Origin: an uncultured Collinsella sp.
GTDB lineage: Bacteria > Actinomycetota > Coriobacteriia > Coriobacteriales > Coriobacteriaceae
NCBI GenBank assembly: GCA_900541065.1
Contig: UQIE01000006.1
Span: forward strand, 2,711-66,710
Reading direction: 5' to 3'
Length of the DNA stretch: 64,000 nucleotides
The first letter of the stretch is position 1; each line of letters starts with the position of its first letter. The position numbers were made by a program, and so were the translations under genes. The notes under the pieces were generated by a model. That model searched no databases and was not told the DNA's origin. It saw only the letters and a list, made by a program, of their open reading frames with translations. Of the stretch, positions 12,692 to 20,571 are shown one piece after another.

Positions 12692-12760
12692 AAGTTGCGG
12701 TGAAATAGGGACTGATTAGGGCTTTTAACTGCTAAAACAGTCCCTATTTCACCGCAACTT
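12692..12760. repeat. Family A palindromic repeat (REP-like), copy A1
   Basis: AAGTTGCGGTGAAATAGGGACTG-N23-CAGTCCCTATTTCACCGCAACTT; 23-bp perfect inverted arms. Confidence 0.85.
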
Positions 12761-12792
12761 CTAAAGAGGCCCCTTAGTAGCCGCAGGCCAGG

Positions 12793-12901
12793 CACAGGGT
12801 TACCTCCCAAATCTTTCCGCAGGACGGAGGAGCCCCCGCAGCGCGAAGCGCGCAGCGGGGGCTCCGACATGTCCGAGGACGATTTGGGAGGTAACCCTGT
12901 G
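12793..12901. promoter_or_regulatory. 109-bp nested perfect hairpin in the divergent leader upstream of ftsE
   Basis: Outer arms CACAGGGTTACCTCCCAAATC / GATTTGGGAGGTAACCCTGTG (21 bp), inner arms GGAGCCCCCGC / GCGGGGGCTCC, with a GCGCGAAGCGCGC centre. Confidence 0.5.
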
Positions 12902-13012
12902 CCCGGCCGGACAGATCCCAAAGCCCGCCATGCTTCTTATGTGCAGCAAAGGCAATGCTGCTAAAATACAAAGCGCTCATGTAGTTTAAACGCACGACGA
13001 TAAGGAGCACCA

Positions 13013-14233
13013 GTGGGTAACCACTTCCGTACCTCCGGTGCGGGCGATGATGCCCCCAAGACGCAGGCAGGCGTCCAGGGCAGTCGTTTCGCCACTCCGG
13101 ATTCAGAGGGCCAGCCTGTTGCTCAGGCCCCCGCTCAGCCGGCAGATCAGGCACAGCCGGCATCCGATCCCTTTGCCTACAATCCAACCAGCGATGTCGC
13201 GCTTTCCGGCACGGCGGGTTTTGAGCCCGTTCAGGTCGTGACCGCTCGCGTGGAGCAGCCTCAGGCTGGTGCCGCCACGCCGCAGCCTACCATGGCCGGC
13301 ATTCCCGACCCCTTGGCCCCTGCGACGCCGGCTCCTCAGCCTGCGCAGTCCGGTCTCTTTGCCGCTATTCCCGACCCCACGCAGCCTGCTGCCCCGGTGG
13401 TCGAGAGCGATCAGGCAGCCGAGGTCGCAAGCCTCGATAACGCGCTCAACAACCCCGATTTTACGTCGGTGTTTGCGCCCATCGATCCGCAGGCCAGCCG
13501 CAAGAAGATGGCCAAGCAGGCCGGTGTCGAGCCCGTCATCCTTATGGAGCATGTCACCAAGATCTATCCGGCGCAGCCCAACAAGCCTGCACTCGACGAC
13601 ATCAACATCGAGATCTATCCGGGTGAGTTCGTCTTCTTGGTCGGTCACTCCGGCTCGGGTAAGACCACGCTGCTGTCGACGCTCAACCGCGACGTCAAGC
13701 CGACGAGCGGCCGCATCTTGGTTGCCGGTCAGGACCTCATGAAGATCAAGAACCGCAAGGTTCCGTTCCTGCGCCGCCAGATTGGCGCCGTGTTCCAGGA
13801 CTTTAAGCTTCTGCCGCAAAAAACCGCCTACGAAAACGTGGCGTTTGCCCTGCAGTGCATCGGCAAGCCCAAGGGCGTCATTCGCAGCCAGGTGCCCGAG
13901 GCGCTGCGTCTGGTCGGCCTGGCCGATCAGATGGACTCGCTGCCCGACCAGCTTTCCGGTGGCGAGCAGCAGCGCGTTGCCGTCGCCCGCGCTATGGTCA
14001 ACCGTCCGCCGCTGCTGATCTGCGACGAGCCCACGGGTAACCTCGACCCGGCGATCTCGCTGGGCATCATGAAGCTGCTCGAGCGTATTAACCGCACCGG
14101 CACCACCGTGATCGTCGCCACGCACGACCGCGAGATGGTCGATAGCATGCACCGTCGCGTGATCGCCCTCGAGGGCGGCCACGTTATCCGCGACCAGGAG
14201 AGGGGAGGTTACGGCAACTATGGCACCAACTAA
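13013..14233 (+). CDS. ftsE: cell-division ABC transporter ATP-binding protein FtsE with a roughly 175-aa Pro/Ala/Gln-rich N-terminal extension
   Basis: GTG start with an AAGGAG RBS; C-terminal 230 aa have Walker A GHSGSGKTT, signature LSGGEQQRV and Walker B LLICDEP. Confidence 0.88.
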   Translation: MGNHFRTSGAGDDAPKTQAGVQGSRFATPDSEGQPVAQAPAQPADQAQPASDPFAYNPTSDVALSGTAGFEPVQVVTARVEQPQAGAATPQPTMAGIPDPLAPATPAPQPAQSGLFAAIPDPTQPAAPVVESDQAAEVASLDNALNNPDFTSVFAPIDPQASRKKMAKQAGVEPVILMEHVTKIYPAQPNKPALDDINIEIYPGEFVFLVGHSGSGKTTLLSTLNRDVKPTSGRILVAGQDLMKIKNRKVPFLRRQIGAVFQDFKLLPQKTAYENVAFALQCIGKPKGVIRSQVPEALRLVGLADQMDSLPDQLSGGEQQRVAVARAMVNRPPLLICDEPTGNLDPAISLGIMKLLERINRTGTTVIVATHDREMVDSMHRRVIALEGGHVIRDQERGGYGNYGTN

Positions 14234-15140
14234 CGTGGGCTACTCCTTCAAAGAGGCAATCAGCCACTTCTTCCGTAACTGGACTACCTCGCTCGGCGCC
14301 GTCATCACGATCTTCCTTTCGCTGTTTATCATCGGCCTGTTCATCATGGGCTCCGCGATGCTGAACTCCGTGATCGGCACCGTCGAGGATCAGGTTGTCA
14401 TCAACGCGTTCATTAGTGATGACGCCGATCAGGCCGATGTTCAGGCTTTTGAGGCCGAGCTTAAGACGTGGAATAACGTCAAGTCCGTGACCTATAAGGA
14501 CAAGGACGACGCACTGGCCGAGTACACGAGCAAGATGTCGGGCAACGCCGACGCCACCATGAGCGCGCTCGATGGCCAGAACCCGCTGCCGGCTTCCTTC
14601 GCTATTGAGATGGACGATCCGTCCAAGGTCGAGAGCACGGCAGAGAAGCTCAAGAAGGATGCCGATTTCCAGAAGATCGCGGATGACGGCGACGTCAACG
14701 CGAGCGTGCTGTACGGCCAGGAGGAAGTGAGCCGCCTGTTCCAGGTGACCAACTACATCCGCATCGCCGCCGTGGTGCTCGTTGGCCTGCTGACTTTTAT
14801 CGCGTTCATCTTTATCAACAACACGATTCGCCTGTCCATTACGGCGCGTCGTCGTGAGATTGCGATTATGCGTCTGGTCGGCGCCAGCAACGGCTTCATT
14901 CGTGGCCCGTTTATCACCGAGGGCGTACTGCAGGCCATTTTGGGCTCGCTGCTTTCCATCGGCGTTCTGGAGCTGCTGCGCAATCTGATGATTCCGCGTT
15001 TGCAGGAGAGCATCGGCTGGATGTCGTTTGCCCTGCCGATGCAGTACTACCTGGTGACCTATGCTGCGCTGATTCTGGTCGGCGTGATTATCGGCCTCTT
15101 TGGTTCTGCCATCGCCATGCGTCGCTACCTGCGCGTGTAG
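14220..15140 (+). CDS. ftsX: cell-division permease FtsX
   Basis: 306 aa; 4-TM topology with a large periplasmic loop; overlaps ftsE by 14 nt. Confidence 0.88.
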   Translation: MAPTNVGYSFKEAISHFFRNWTTSLGAVITIFLSLFIIGLFIMGSAMLNSVIGTVEDQVVINAFISDDADQADVQAFEAELKTWNNVKSVTYKDKDDALAEYTSKMSGNADATMSALDGQNPLPASFAIEMDDPSKVESTAEKLKKDADFQKIADDGDVNASVLYGQEEVSRLFQVTNYIRIAAVVLVGLLTFIAFIFINNTIRLSITARRREIAIMRLVGASNGFIRGPFITEGVLQAILGSLLSIGVLELLRNLMIPRLQESIGWMSFALPMQYYLVTYAALILVGVIIGLFGSAIAMRRYLRV

Positions 15141-15163
15141 GCATGCCTGGAATTCATCCCTTC

Positions 15164-15201
15164 CAACGGGTCGTCTCTTTTGGGGGCGGCCCGTTTTTTT
15201 T
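15164..15201 (+). terminator. candidate intrinsic terminator after ftsX
   Basis: AACGGG...CCCGTT stem followed by a T8 run. Confidence 0.5.
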
Positions 15202-15285
15202 GATCCCTAGGGGACGGCAGGATTGCGGATCATCGTGGCGCTGGTCTATCTATGTGACCCGCAATCCTGCCGTCCCCTAGGGATC
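15202..15285. repeat. 27-bp perfect inverted repeat with a roughly 29-nt loop
   Basis: GATCCCTAGGGGACGGCAGGATTGCGG...CCGCAATCCTGCCGTCCCCTAGGGATC; lies between ftsX and rnr. Confidence 0.8.
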
Positions 15286-15336
15286 ATTTGGGTAGACTCT
15301 TGGGGTGTAAACGGCCATCGATAGTAAGGAGGCGCC

Positions 15337-17472
15337 ATGGGGCGCAATAACAAGCATAAGCGTGGAGCTCGCAATAAGCGCGGGCCGGTGCGCAGCGAGC
15401 GTCGCCCGAGTCTGACCGGACGCGTGCAGCTCCATGAGCATAGTGCCTACGTTGTAACCGAAAACGGCGACTACAAGGTCATGGGCCGCGGCAAGCGCGA
15501 GATTATGGACGGCGATACCGTTGCCGTGAGCATTAAGAACAGCCCGCATGGCGAGCGCCGCGCCGTAATCGAGGGCGTCGTCGAGCGTGCGGCCATTAGT
15601 GTGGTGGGCACGTACCAGACCGCCGGCCCGCTCGGGGTGATCGAGCCGCTTGATTCTCGCCTTAAGGCCGATTTCTTTATTCTGCCGGAGGACACCTCGG
15701 CGGAGCGCTTGGGCGTTCATCCGGGTGATGCGGTCGTCGCACGCATTCTGACATATCCGACGCGCCTGGAATCGGGCACCGTGACGATCGAGCGCCGTAT
15801 TGGCGGAGATGACGCGCCCGATTTGGGCGTTCAGTATGTGATGGCGCGCTATGGCTATACCGATACGTATCCCGAGGCCGCGCTAGCCGAGGCCGAGGCA
15901 CTTTCGCTCGATGTGGCCTCGGCACTCAAGGACCCACTCCGCCGAGACCTGCGCGACCGCTTTGTCATTACGATTGACCCGGTCGACGCGCGCGACTTTG
16001 ACGACGCCATCTCGCTGGAGCGCACGCCCGAGGGTGGCTACAAGCTGGGTGTCCATATTGCCGACGTTTCGCACTATGTTGCTTGGGACGGACATATCGA
16101 TCTGGAAGCCCGCCATCGCACGACGTCGGTGTATCTTGCCGATCGCGTGTTGCCCATGTTGCCCGAGCGCCTGTCGAACGATTTGTGCTCGCTGCGTCCC
16201 GACGAGGATCGCTTGGCGTTTACCGTCGACATCGAGCTCGACGCACAGGGTCGCGTGCGCCATTACGATCCCTATCCCAGCGTGATCCGCTCGCGCGTGC
16301 GCATGGACTACGACGGCGCCGAGGCGCTGCTGGTGCGCGCCGGTGCGGTGGAGTATTCGGTGCTGGAGGGTGCCGCCGAGGATGTTGCCGCGGTTGAAGC
16401 CTCGCGCGAGGAAGCGCTTGAGCGCGGTCTTGCGTGCGAGGAGACTGCCCGCGGCTACAACATCGACCTCGGCGATTTCCTTGTCGCCGCGAACGAACTC
16501 GCCGAACTTCGCCGTCGTATTCGTCGCGCCCGCGGCTCAGTCGATTTTGACACGGCCGAGATTCGCGCTCTATTGGATGAGGACGGAGTGCCCGTGCAGA
16601 TTGTGGCGCGTGAGCGTTCGTGTGCCACGTCGCTTATCGAGGAAGCCATGCTGCTCGCCAACGAGTGCGTTGCAGAGTGGCTGGCAGACCGTGATATCGA
16701 GGCCTGCTATCGCGTGCATGAGGATCCGAGCCCCGATAGCCTGCACGGTGCTGCCGTTGCGTTGGCGCAGCTAGGCATCATCGACGATCGCCGTGCTGCC
16801 GGTATTGCCCTGGGGAGCCCCGATGAGCTGCAGGCTGCAGTTGATGCTGCCGCCGGTTCGGCCAACGCACCGCTCGTTAACACGCTGCTTCTGCGCAGCA
16901 TGCAGCGCGCGCTGTACAAGCCGCGCAACGAGGGCCACTTTGCGCTCGCCGCGCCGTGCTACTGTCACTTTACGAGTCCCATCCGTCGCTACCCCGATCT
17001 GGTGGTGCACCGCGTGCTCAAACTGCAGTTGGCCTATGAGCAGCTCGGCGGCAAGGACGCCTTGGTCCGTACGCCGTGGCTGATCGGCAAGGGGCGCGAG
17101 TCGCTGCCGCGCATTCTGCCGCAGATCTGCCGCGCATGTAGCGATGCCGAGCGCGCGGCAGATGCCGCCAGCCATGCGACGCAAAAGATCAAGATTGCCC
17201 AGTACTATGAGGACCGTCTGGGCGAGCGCTATGCCGGAACCGTCTCGTGGGTTAGCAGCATGGGCCTCTTTGTGCGCTTGGACCTGACGCAGGTCGAAGG
17301 CTTGGTTTCGATTAAGAGCCTGGGCAACGAGTGGTTCGAGTTCGACGAGGACGCGCTTACTCTGACGGGCGCCGACACAGGCACCCGTTACGAGCTGGGG
17401 CAGCGCGTGATTATCGAGGTCTCACGTGTCAATACCACGCGTGGGCACTTGGACTTCAAGCTTATCCATTAG
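15337..17472 (+). CDS. rnr: ribonuclease R (RNase II/R family 3'-5' exoribonuclease)
   Basis: 711 aa; RNB catalytic domain plus a C-terminal S1 domain; basic N-terminus. Confidence 0.9.
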   Translation: MGRNNKHKRGARNKRGPVRSERRPSLTGRVQLHEHSAYVVTENGDYKVMGRGKREIMDGDTVAVSIKNSPHGERRAVIEGVVERAAISVVGTYQTAGPLGVIEPLDSRLKADFFILPEDTSAERLGVHPGDAVVARILTYPTRLESGTVTIERRIGGDDAPDLGVQYVMARYGYTDTYPEAALAEAEALSLDVASALKDPLRRDLRDRFVITIDPVDARDFDDAISLERTPEGGYKLGVHIADVSHYVAWDGHIDLEARHRTTSVYLADRVLPMLPERLSNDLCSLRPDEDRLAFTVDIELDAQGRVRHYDPYPSVIRSRVRMDYDGAEALLVRAGAVEYSVLEGAAEDVAAVEASREEALERGLACEETARGYNIDLGDFLVAANELAELRRRIRRARGSVDFDTAEIRALLDEDGVPVQIVARERSCATSLIEEAMLLANECVAEWLADRDIEACYRVHEDPSPDSLHGAAVALAQLGIIDDRRAAGIALGSPDELQAAVDAAAGSANAPLVNTLLLRSMQRALYKPRNEGHFALAAPCYCHFTSPIRRYPDLVVHRVLKLQLAYEQLGGKDALVRTPWLIGKGRESLPRILPQICRACSDAERAADAASHATQKIKIAQYYEDRLGERYAGTVSWVSSMGLFVRLDLTQVEGLVSIKSLGNEWFEFDEDALTLTGADTGTRYELGQRVIIEVSRVNTTRGHLDFKLIH

Positions 17473-17496
17473 CCAAATCCCGACTCATGGTGGAGG

Positions 17497-17535
17497 AGCG
17501 GAGGGCGGCCTTTCGGGACCGCCCTCCGCATTTGA
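17497..17535 (+). terminator. candidate terminator after rnr
   Basis: GCGGAGGGCGG...CCGCCCTCCGC 11-bp stem; weak T-tract. Confidence 0.5.
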
Positions 17536-17587
17536 ATTGTGGCCACCTTACCGTCTGCCTGGCTGCCCGCTTGCCTGCTATTTGGGA

Positions 17588-17639
17588 GGTAAAACCTACC
17601 AAAATAAACCTGTCCCTTTTTGGCAGGTTTACAAGAAAG
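17588..17639. repeat. Family E repeat copy 2, ending about 11 bp upstream of the recombinase start
   Basis: 43/44-bp match to 4089-4140. Confidence 0.7.
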
Positions 17640-17649
17640 CGGGGATGAG

Positions 17650-18255
17650 ATGGCGACGGTGTACGGTTATGCGCGGGTGAGTTCGCGCGATCAAAATCTT
17701 AATCGGCAGCTGGATGCGCTGGGCGCCTATGGTGTGGGCTCGGCGAATATTTATGCCGACCATGCGAGCGGCAAGGACTTCGATCGGCCGCATTATCGCG
17801 AGCTGCTACACGTCCTGGGAGACGGGGACGTGCTGGTGGTGCTTTCTATCGACCGACTTGGCCGTAATTACTCCGAGATTCTTGAGGAATGGCGACGCAT
17901 TACCAAGGAGCTCGGGGTTGCCATTGTGGTGTTGGACATGCCATTGCTTGACACGCGCGCCAGGGCCAGCGGCGCGCCGGATGTGACCAACGCCCTGATT
18001 GCCGATATTGTGCTGCAACTGCTGAGCTACGTGGCGCAGGTGGAGCGCGAGAATATCCATCGGCGCCAGGCGGAGGGAATTGCAGCGGCGCGGGCGCGAG
18101 GGGTCCGTTTCGGTCGACCTCGCAAGCCGTGCCCTCCTCAGTTTGAGCTGGTGCGCGATAGCTATGAGGCGGGCGATATTACCCGCAGCCAGGCAGCAAA
18201 GTGCCTGGGCGTGTGCGTGGGGACGTTCGATCGCTGGATGCGCGAGGCGGGGTAG
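17650..18255 (+). CDS. serine site-specific recombinase, resolvase/invertase family (Hin/Gin/Tn3-resolvase-like), about 200 aa
   Basis: N-terminal YGYARVSSRDQN catalytic-serine motif; C-terminal HTH (ITRSQAAKCLGVCVGTFDRWMRE). Confidence 0.88.
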   Translation: MATVYGYARVSSRDQNLNRQLDALGAYGVGSANIYADHASGKDFDRPHYRELLHVLGDGDVLVVLSIDRLGRNYSEILEEWRRITKELGVAIVVLDMPLLDTRARASGAPDVTNALIADIVLQLLSYVAQVERENIHRRQAEGIAAARARGVRFGRPRKPCPPQFELVRDSYEAGDITRSQAAKCLGVCVGTFDRWMREAG

Positions 18256-18361
18256 GGGTTTGCGTCGCTTTGTCGCTTCCTGTTGCGATTCAAATTTTGA
18301 TACGGTGACGATGTCATTTGGGGCTACACTCGCTCATATTTAAAAAGACGGAGGTTGGCCT

Positions 18362-18943
18362 TTGGCGCACATGAAGATAATAATCGGGTGGACCGCGATC
18401 GCTCTGTTCGCCGCAACGCTGGCGGGCATCTGGGTGCTGACGGAGCAAAACGCAGTGCAGACGTCGTTGCTGAGCGAGTCCACCGCGCGCGTGGTGGAGG
18501 GTCAGGCTGCGAGCGTTCAGGCTGTCGATGCCACGGGTGAAGCTCAGGCGGAGAACGGAATGACTGGGGGCACCGATTCGGCTGCCTCGAATGTCCGGTC
18601 TGGCCGACTTGCTTCCATTCGCATGTGGGTGGGCACAAACGTCCGTCGCGTTGCCCATACCGTAGAGTTTTTCTTCGTCGGATTATTCGCCTCGGTGGTC
18701 GTGGTTTGCTTTTCCAGGCGTCCGTGGAGCGTATGCTCCCGTTGCGTGCCCGTATTGCTCTTTTGCGCCGCCTGCTCCGTTGGCGATCAGGTACATAAGA
18801 TCTTTGTTCCCGGCAGGCATTTCGACGTTATCGATTTAGGATTCGATGCTGCGGGCTATGTCACCGCCATGCTGTTGGTATTGCTGGCAGCGGCGTTGGT
18901 GCGCCATGTGACTCGGCCGATCGGCGCCCATGCGAGGCGCTAG
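18362..18943 (+). CDS. VanZ-like family membrane protein
   Basis: GDQVHKIFVPGRHFDVIDLGFDAAGY matches the VanZ (PF04892) signature; several TM segments; TTG start at 18362 or ATG at 18371. Confidence 0.65.
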   Translation: MAHMKIIIGWTAIALFAATLAGIWVLTEQNAVQTSLLSESTARVVEGQAASVQAVDATGEAQAENGMTGGTDSAASNVRSGRLASIRMWVGTNVRRVAHTVEFFFVGLFASVVVVCFSRRPWSVCSRCVPVLLFCAACSVGDQVHKIFVPGRHFDVIDLGFDAAGYVTAMLLVLLAAALVRHVTRPIGAHARR

Positions 18944-19065
18944 CCTTAAGACGAGACATCGCGACTGCCTATGCTTCGACATTGACTACAATAACGGCTG
19001 CAATCGCGAGTGGTCGTCGATGTGCAGTTTTCCAGACACCTGTTTTCTCTAAGAAAGGAAATCCC

Positions 19066-19425
19066 ATGGCGGTATTGTTTGTTGAATATCCCAAGTGCTC
19101 GACCTGCAAGAAGGCCAAGGCATGGCTGGACGAACATGGGGTAGAGTATATCGATCGCGATATCGTTTTGGACAATCCCACGGCTGATGAGCTTGCGACC
19201 TGGATTGCTCGTTCGGGGCTGCCGGTGCGGCGCTTCTTTAATTCGTCGGGCATGAAATATCGAGAGCTGGGCCTGAAGGCGCGTCTGGATGCGGGCATGA
19301 CGGATCAGGAGTGCTACGAGCTGCTGGCGACCGACGGCATGCTGGTCAAGCGTCCGCTGCTGGTGGGCGACGACTTTGCGATTCCCGGCTTTAGGGAAGC
19401 GGCTTGGGCCGAGGCGTTGCTGTAG
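19066..19425 (+). CDS. ArsC/Spx-family thioredoxin-fold protein (YffB/Spx-like)
   Basis: Start MAVLFVEYPKCSTCKKAKAWLDEHGVEYIDRDI with an AAGGAAA RBS; CxxC near the N-terminus. Confidence 0.75.
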   Translation: MAVLFVEYPKCSTCKKAKAWLDEHGVEYIDRDIVLDNPTADELATWIARSGLPVRRFFNSSGMKYRELGLKARLDAGMTDQECYELLATDGMLVKRPLLVGDDFAIPGFREAAWAEALL

Positions 19426-19612
19426 CGGCTGCGGAAAGTGCGACCCGTTTTGAGCGTTGATTCCGGGATGTGCTTTCCGGTTGAGCGCTCTATCGGAAAT
19501 GACATCCCGTTTCGAGCGCTGATTCTGGGACACGGTTTCCGGTTGAGGGCTCTACGGGAAAGTGGGGACCAGTTTGAGCTTGAAATCTGGGACGCACTTT
19601 CCGCCGGCGGGC
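19426..19612. repeat. tandem repeat: about 31-bp unit x about 5.6 copies, two alternating subtypes (about 62-bp super-unit x 3)
   Basis: Units such as GGAAAGTGCGACCCGTTTTGAGCGTTGATTCC and GGGATGTGCTTTCCGGTTGAGCGCTCTATC; begins directly after the spx-like stop. Confidence 0.8.
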
Positions 19613-19621
19613 CTGCCCCAG

Positions 19622-20032
19622 TCAGTCCTCCAGCTGCGCCCATTCGTGTGGGTCGTAGATCTTTGTGTGCTTGTCGGGCGTGTCGCTCCAGTACTCTTCG
19701 TCCATAAAGGGCAGGTATGCCTGAATGCCGGGGCAGATAAACGGAATCCGCTGCCGCTGCAGGCGCTCGCGCTGCCGCCGCTCCAGGTTCGTCTCGGATA
19801 TGACGGTCGGCATGCCGGACAGCTCGACGAGGCTTGCCTGGATGCGCTTGAGGTCGGGGAGCGCCGCATGCCATGACGTCCGCATGATCAAAAATGAGGC
19901 GCGGCGGTAGTTTGCCCGCATCACCGTGATGGCGGGGCGCAGTGTGGGATGGATTTTGTCCCGTTCGGGCCAAAGGTCAGCGGTGATCTCGAGGCCCAGA
20001 GTCTCCCATAGGTAATCAAGCTCTTCGTCCAT
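19622..20032 (-). CDS. hypothetical protein (136 aa)
   Basis: ORF with no recognisable motifs; weak RBS. Confidence 0.4.
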   Translation of the reverse strand: MDEELDYLWETLGLEITADLWPERDKIHPTLRPAITVMRANYRRASFLIMRTSWHAALPDLKRIQASLVELSGMPTVISETNLERRQRERLQRQRIPFICPGIQAYLPFMDEEYWSDTPDKHTKIYDPHEWAQLED

Positions 20033-20308
20033 GGCGCCTCGATATCTACGCGATCATTGATACTTCGATTGTGTTGCCTGGTGCTATCGTTTTCGCGGTA
20101 GAATCTGCCAACGGTTGACGGCTACCGCTCGCGGCGTTTTGCCCTTCGTGTACAGCGGTCGGCTTCACAGGTCCTTCACGGGTTGGACGAAATTAGGCCA
20201 ATTTGACCGAATTTCAAAAAAGTCAAAATTGGGGCTTGCGTCATGGCGGGACTTCCCGTATATTTCTTTCTTGCGCAAAGGCACAGCCGAGCGCAGCGAT
20301 GCAGTCAT

Positions 20309-20382
20309 TGGGATGTCGTCTAATGGCAGGACAGCGGATTCTGGTTCCGTCAATGGGGGTTCGACTCCCTCCATCCCAGCCA
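20309..20382 (+). tRNA. tRNA-Gln (anticodon CTG)
   Basis: Cloverleaf: acceptor TGGGATG/CATCCCA, anticodon stem GCGGA/TCCGT with loop TTCTGGT, T-arm GGGGGTTCGACTCCCTC, discriminator G, encoded CCA. Confidence 0.85.
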
Positions 20383-20399
20383 TTGCATTTGCTACATAT

Positions 20400-20473
20400 G
20401 GCCCGTTCGTCTAGCGGTTTAGGACGCCGCCCTCTCAAGGCGGAGATCACCAGTTCGAATCTGGTACGGGCTA
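20400..20473 (+). tRNA. tRNA-Glu (anticodon CTC)
   Basis: Acceptor GGCCCGT/ACGGGCT, anticodon stem CCGCC/GGCGG with loop CTCTCAA, T-loop TTCGAAT; 17 nt downstream of tRNA-Gln. Confidence 0.85.
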
Positions 20474-20571
20474 CCCACAAATGAACGCCCGGGCCTCGCA
20501 AGAGACCCGGGTTTTGTGTATCGACCGTATATACGGCGCCTGCCGTGTTTCGCTCAGATCGAGGAGTAGCC

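Noticed and set aside
15202-15285. Invertible promoter (inverton) flanked by 27-bp inverted repeats
   Set aside because: Only about 29 bp separate the arms. That is far too short for a recombinase-mediated invertible segment, and no promoter-sized insert is present. Interpreted as a hairpin or terminator-like element.
17650-20100. Integrated mobile element or prophage at the tRNA-Gln/Glu locus
   Set aside because: No phage structural, transposase or integrase (tyrosine) genes are present. No duplicated tRNA 3' end was found in the window. Only a lone small serine recombinase is present, so it was kept as a low-confidence island-border hypothesis.
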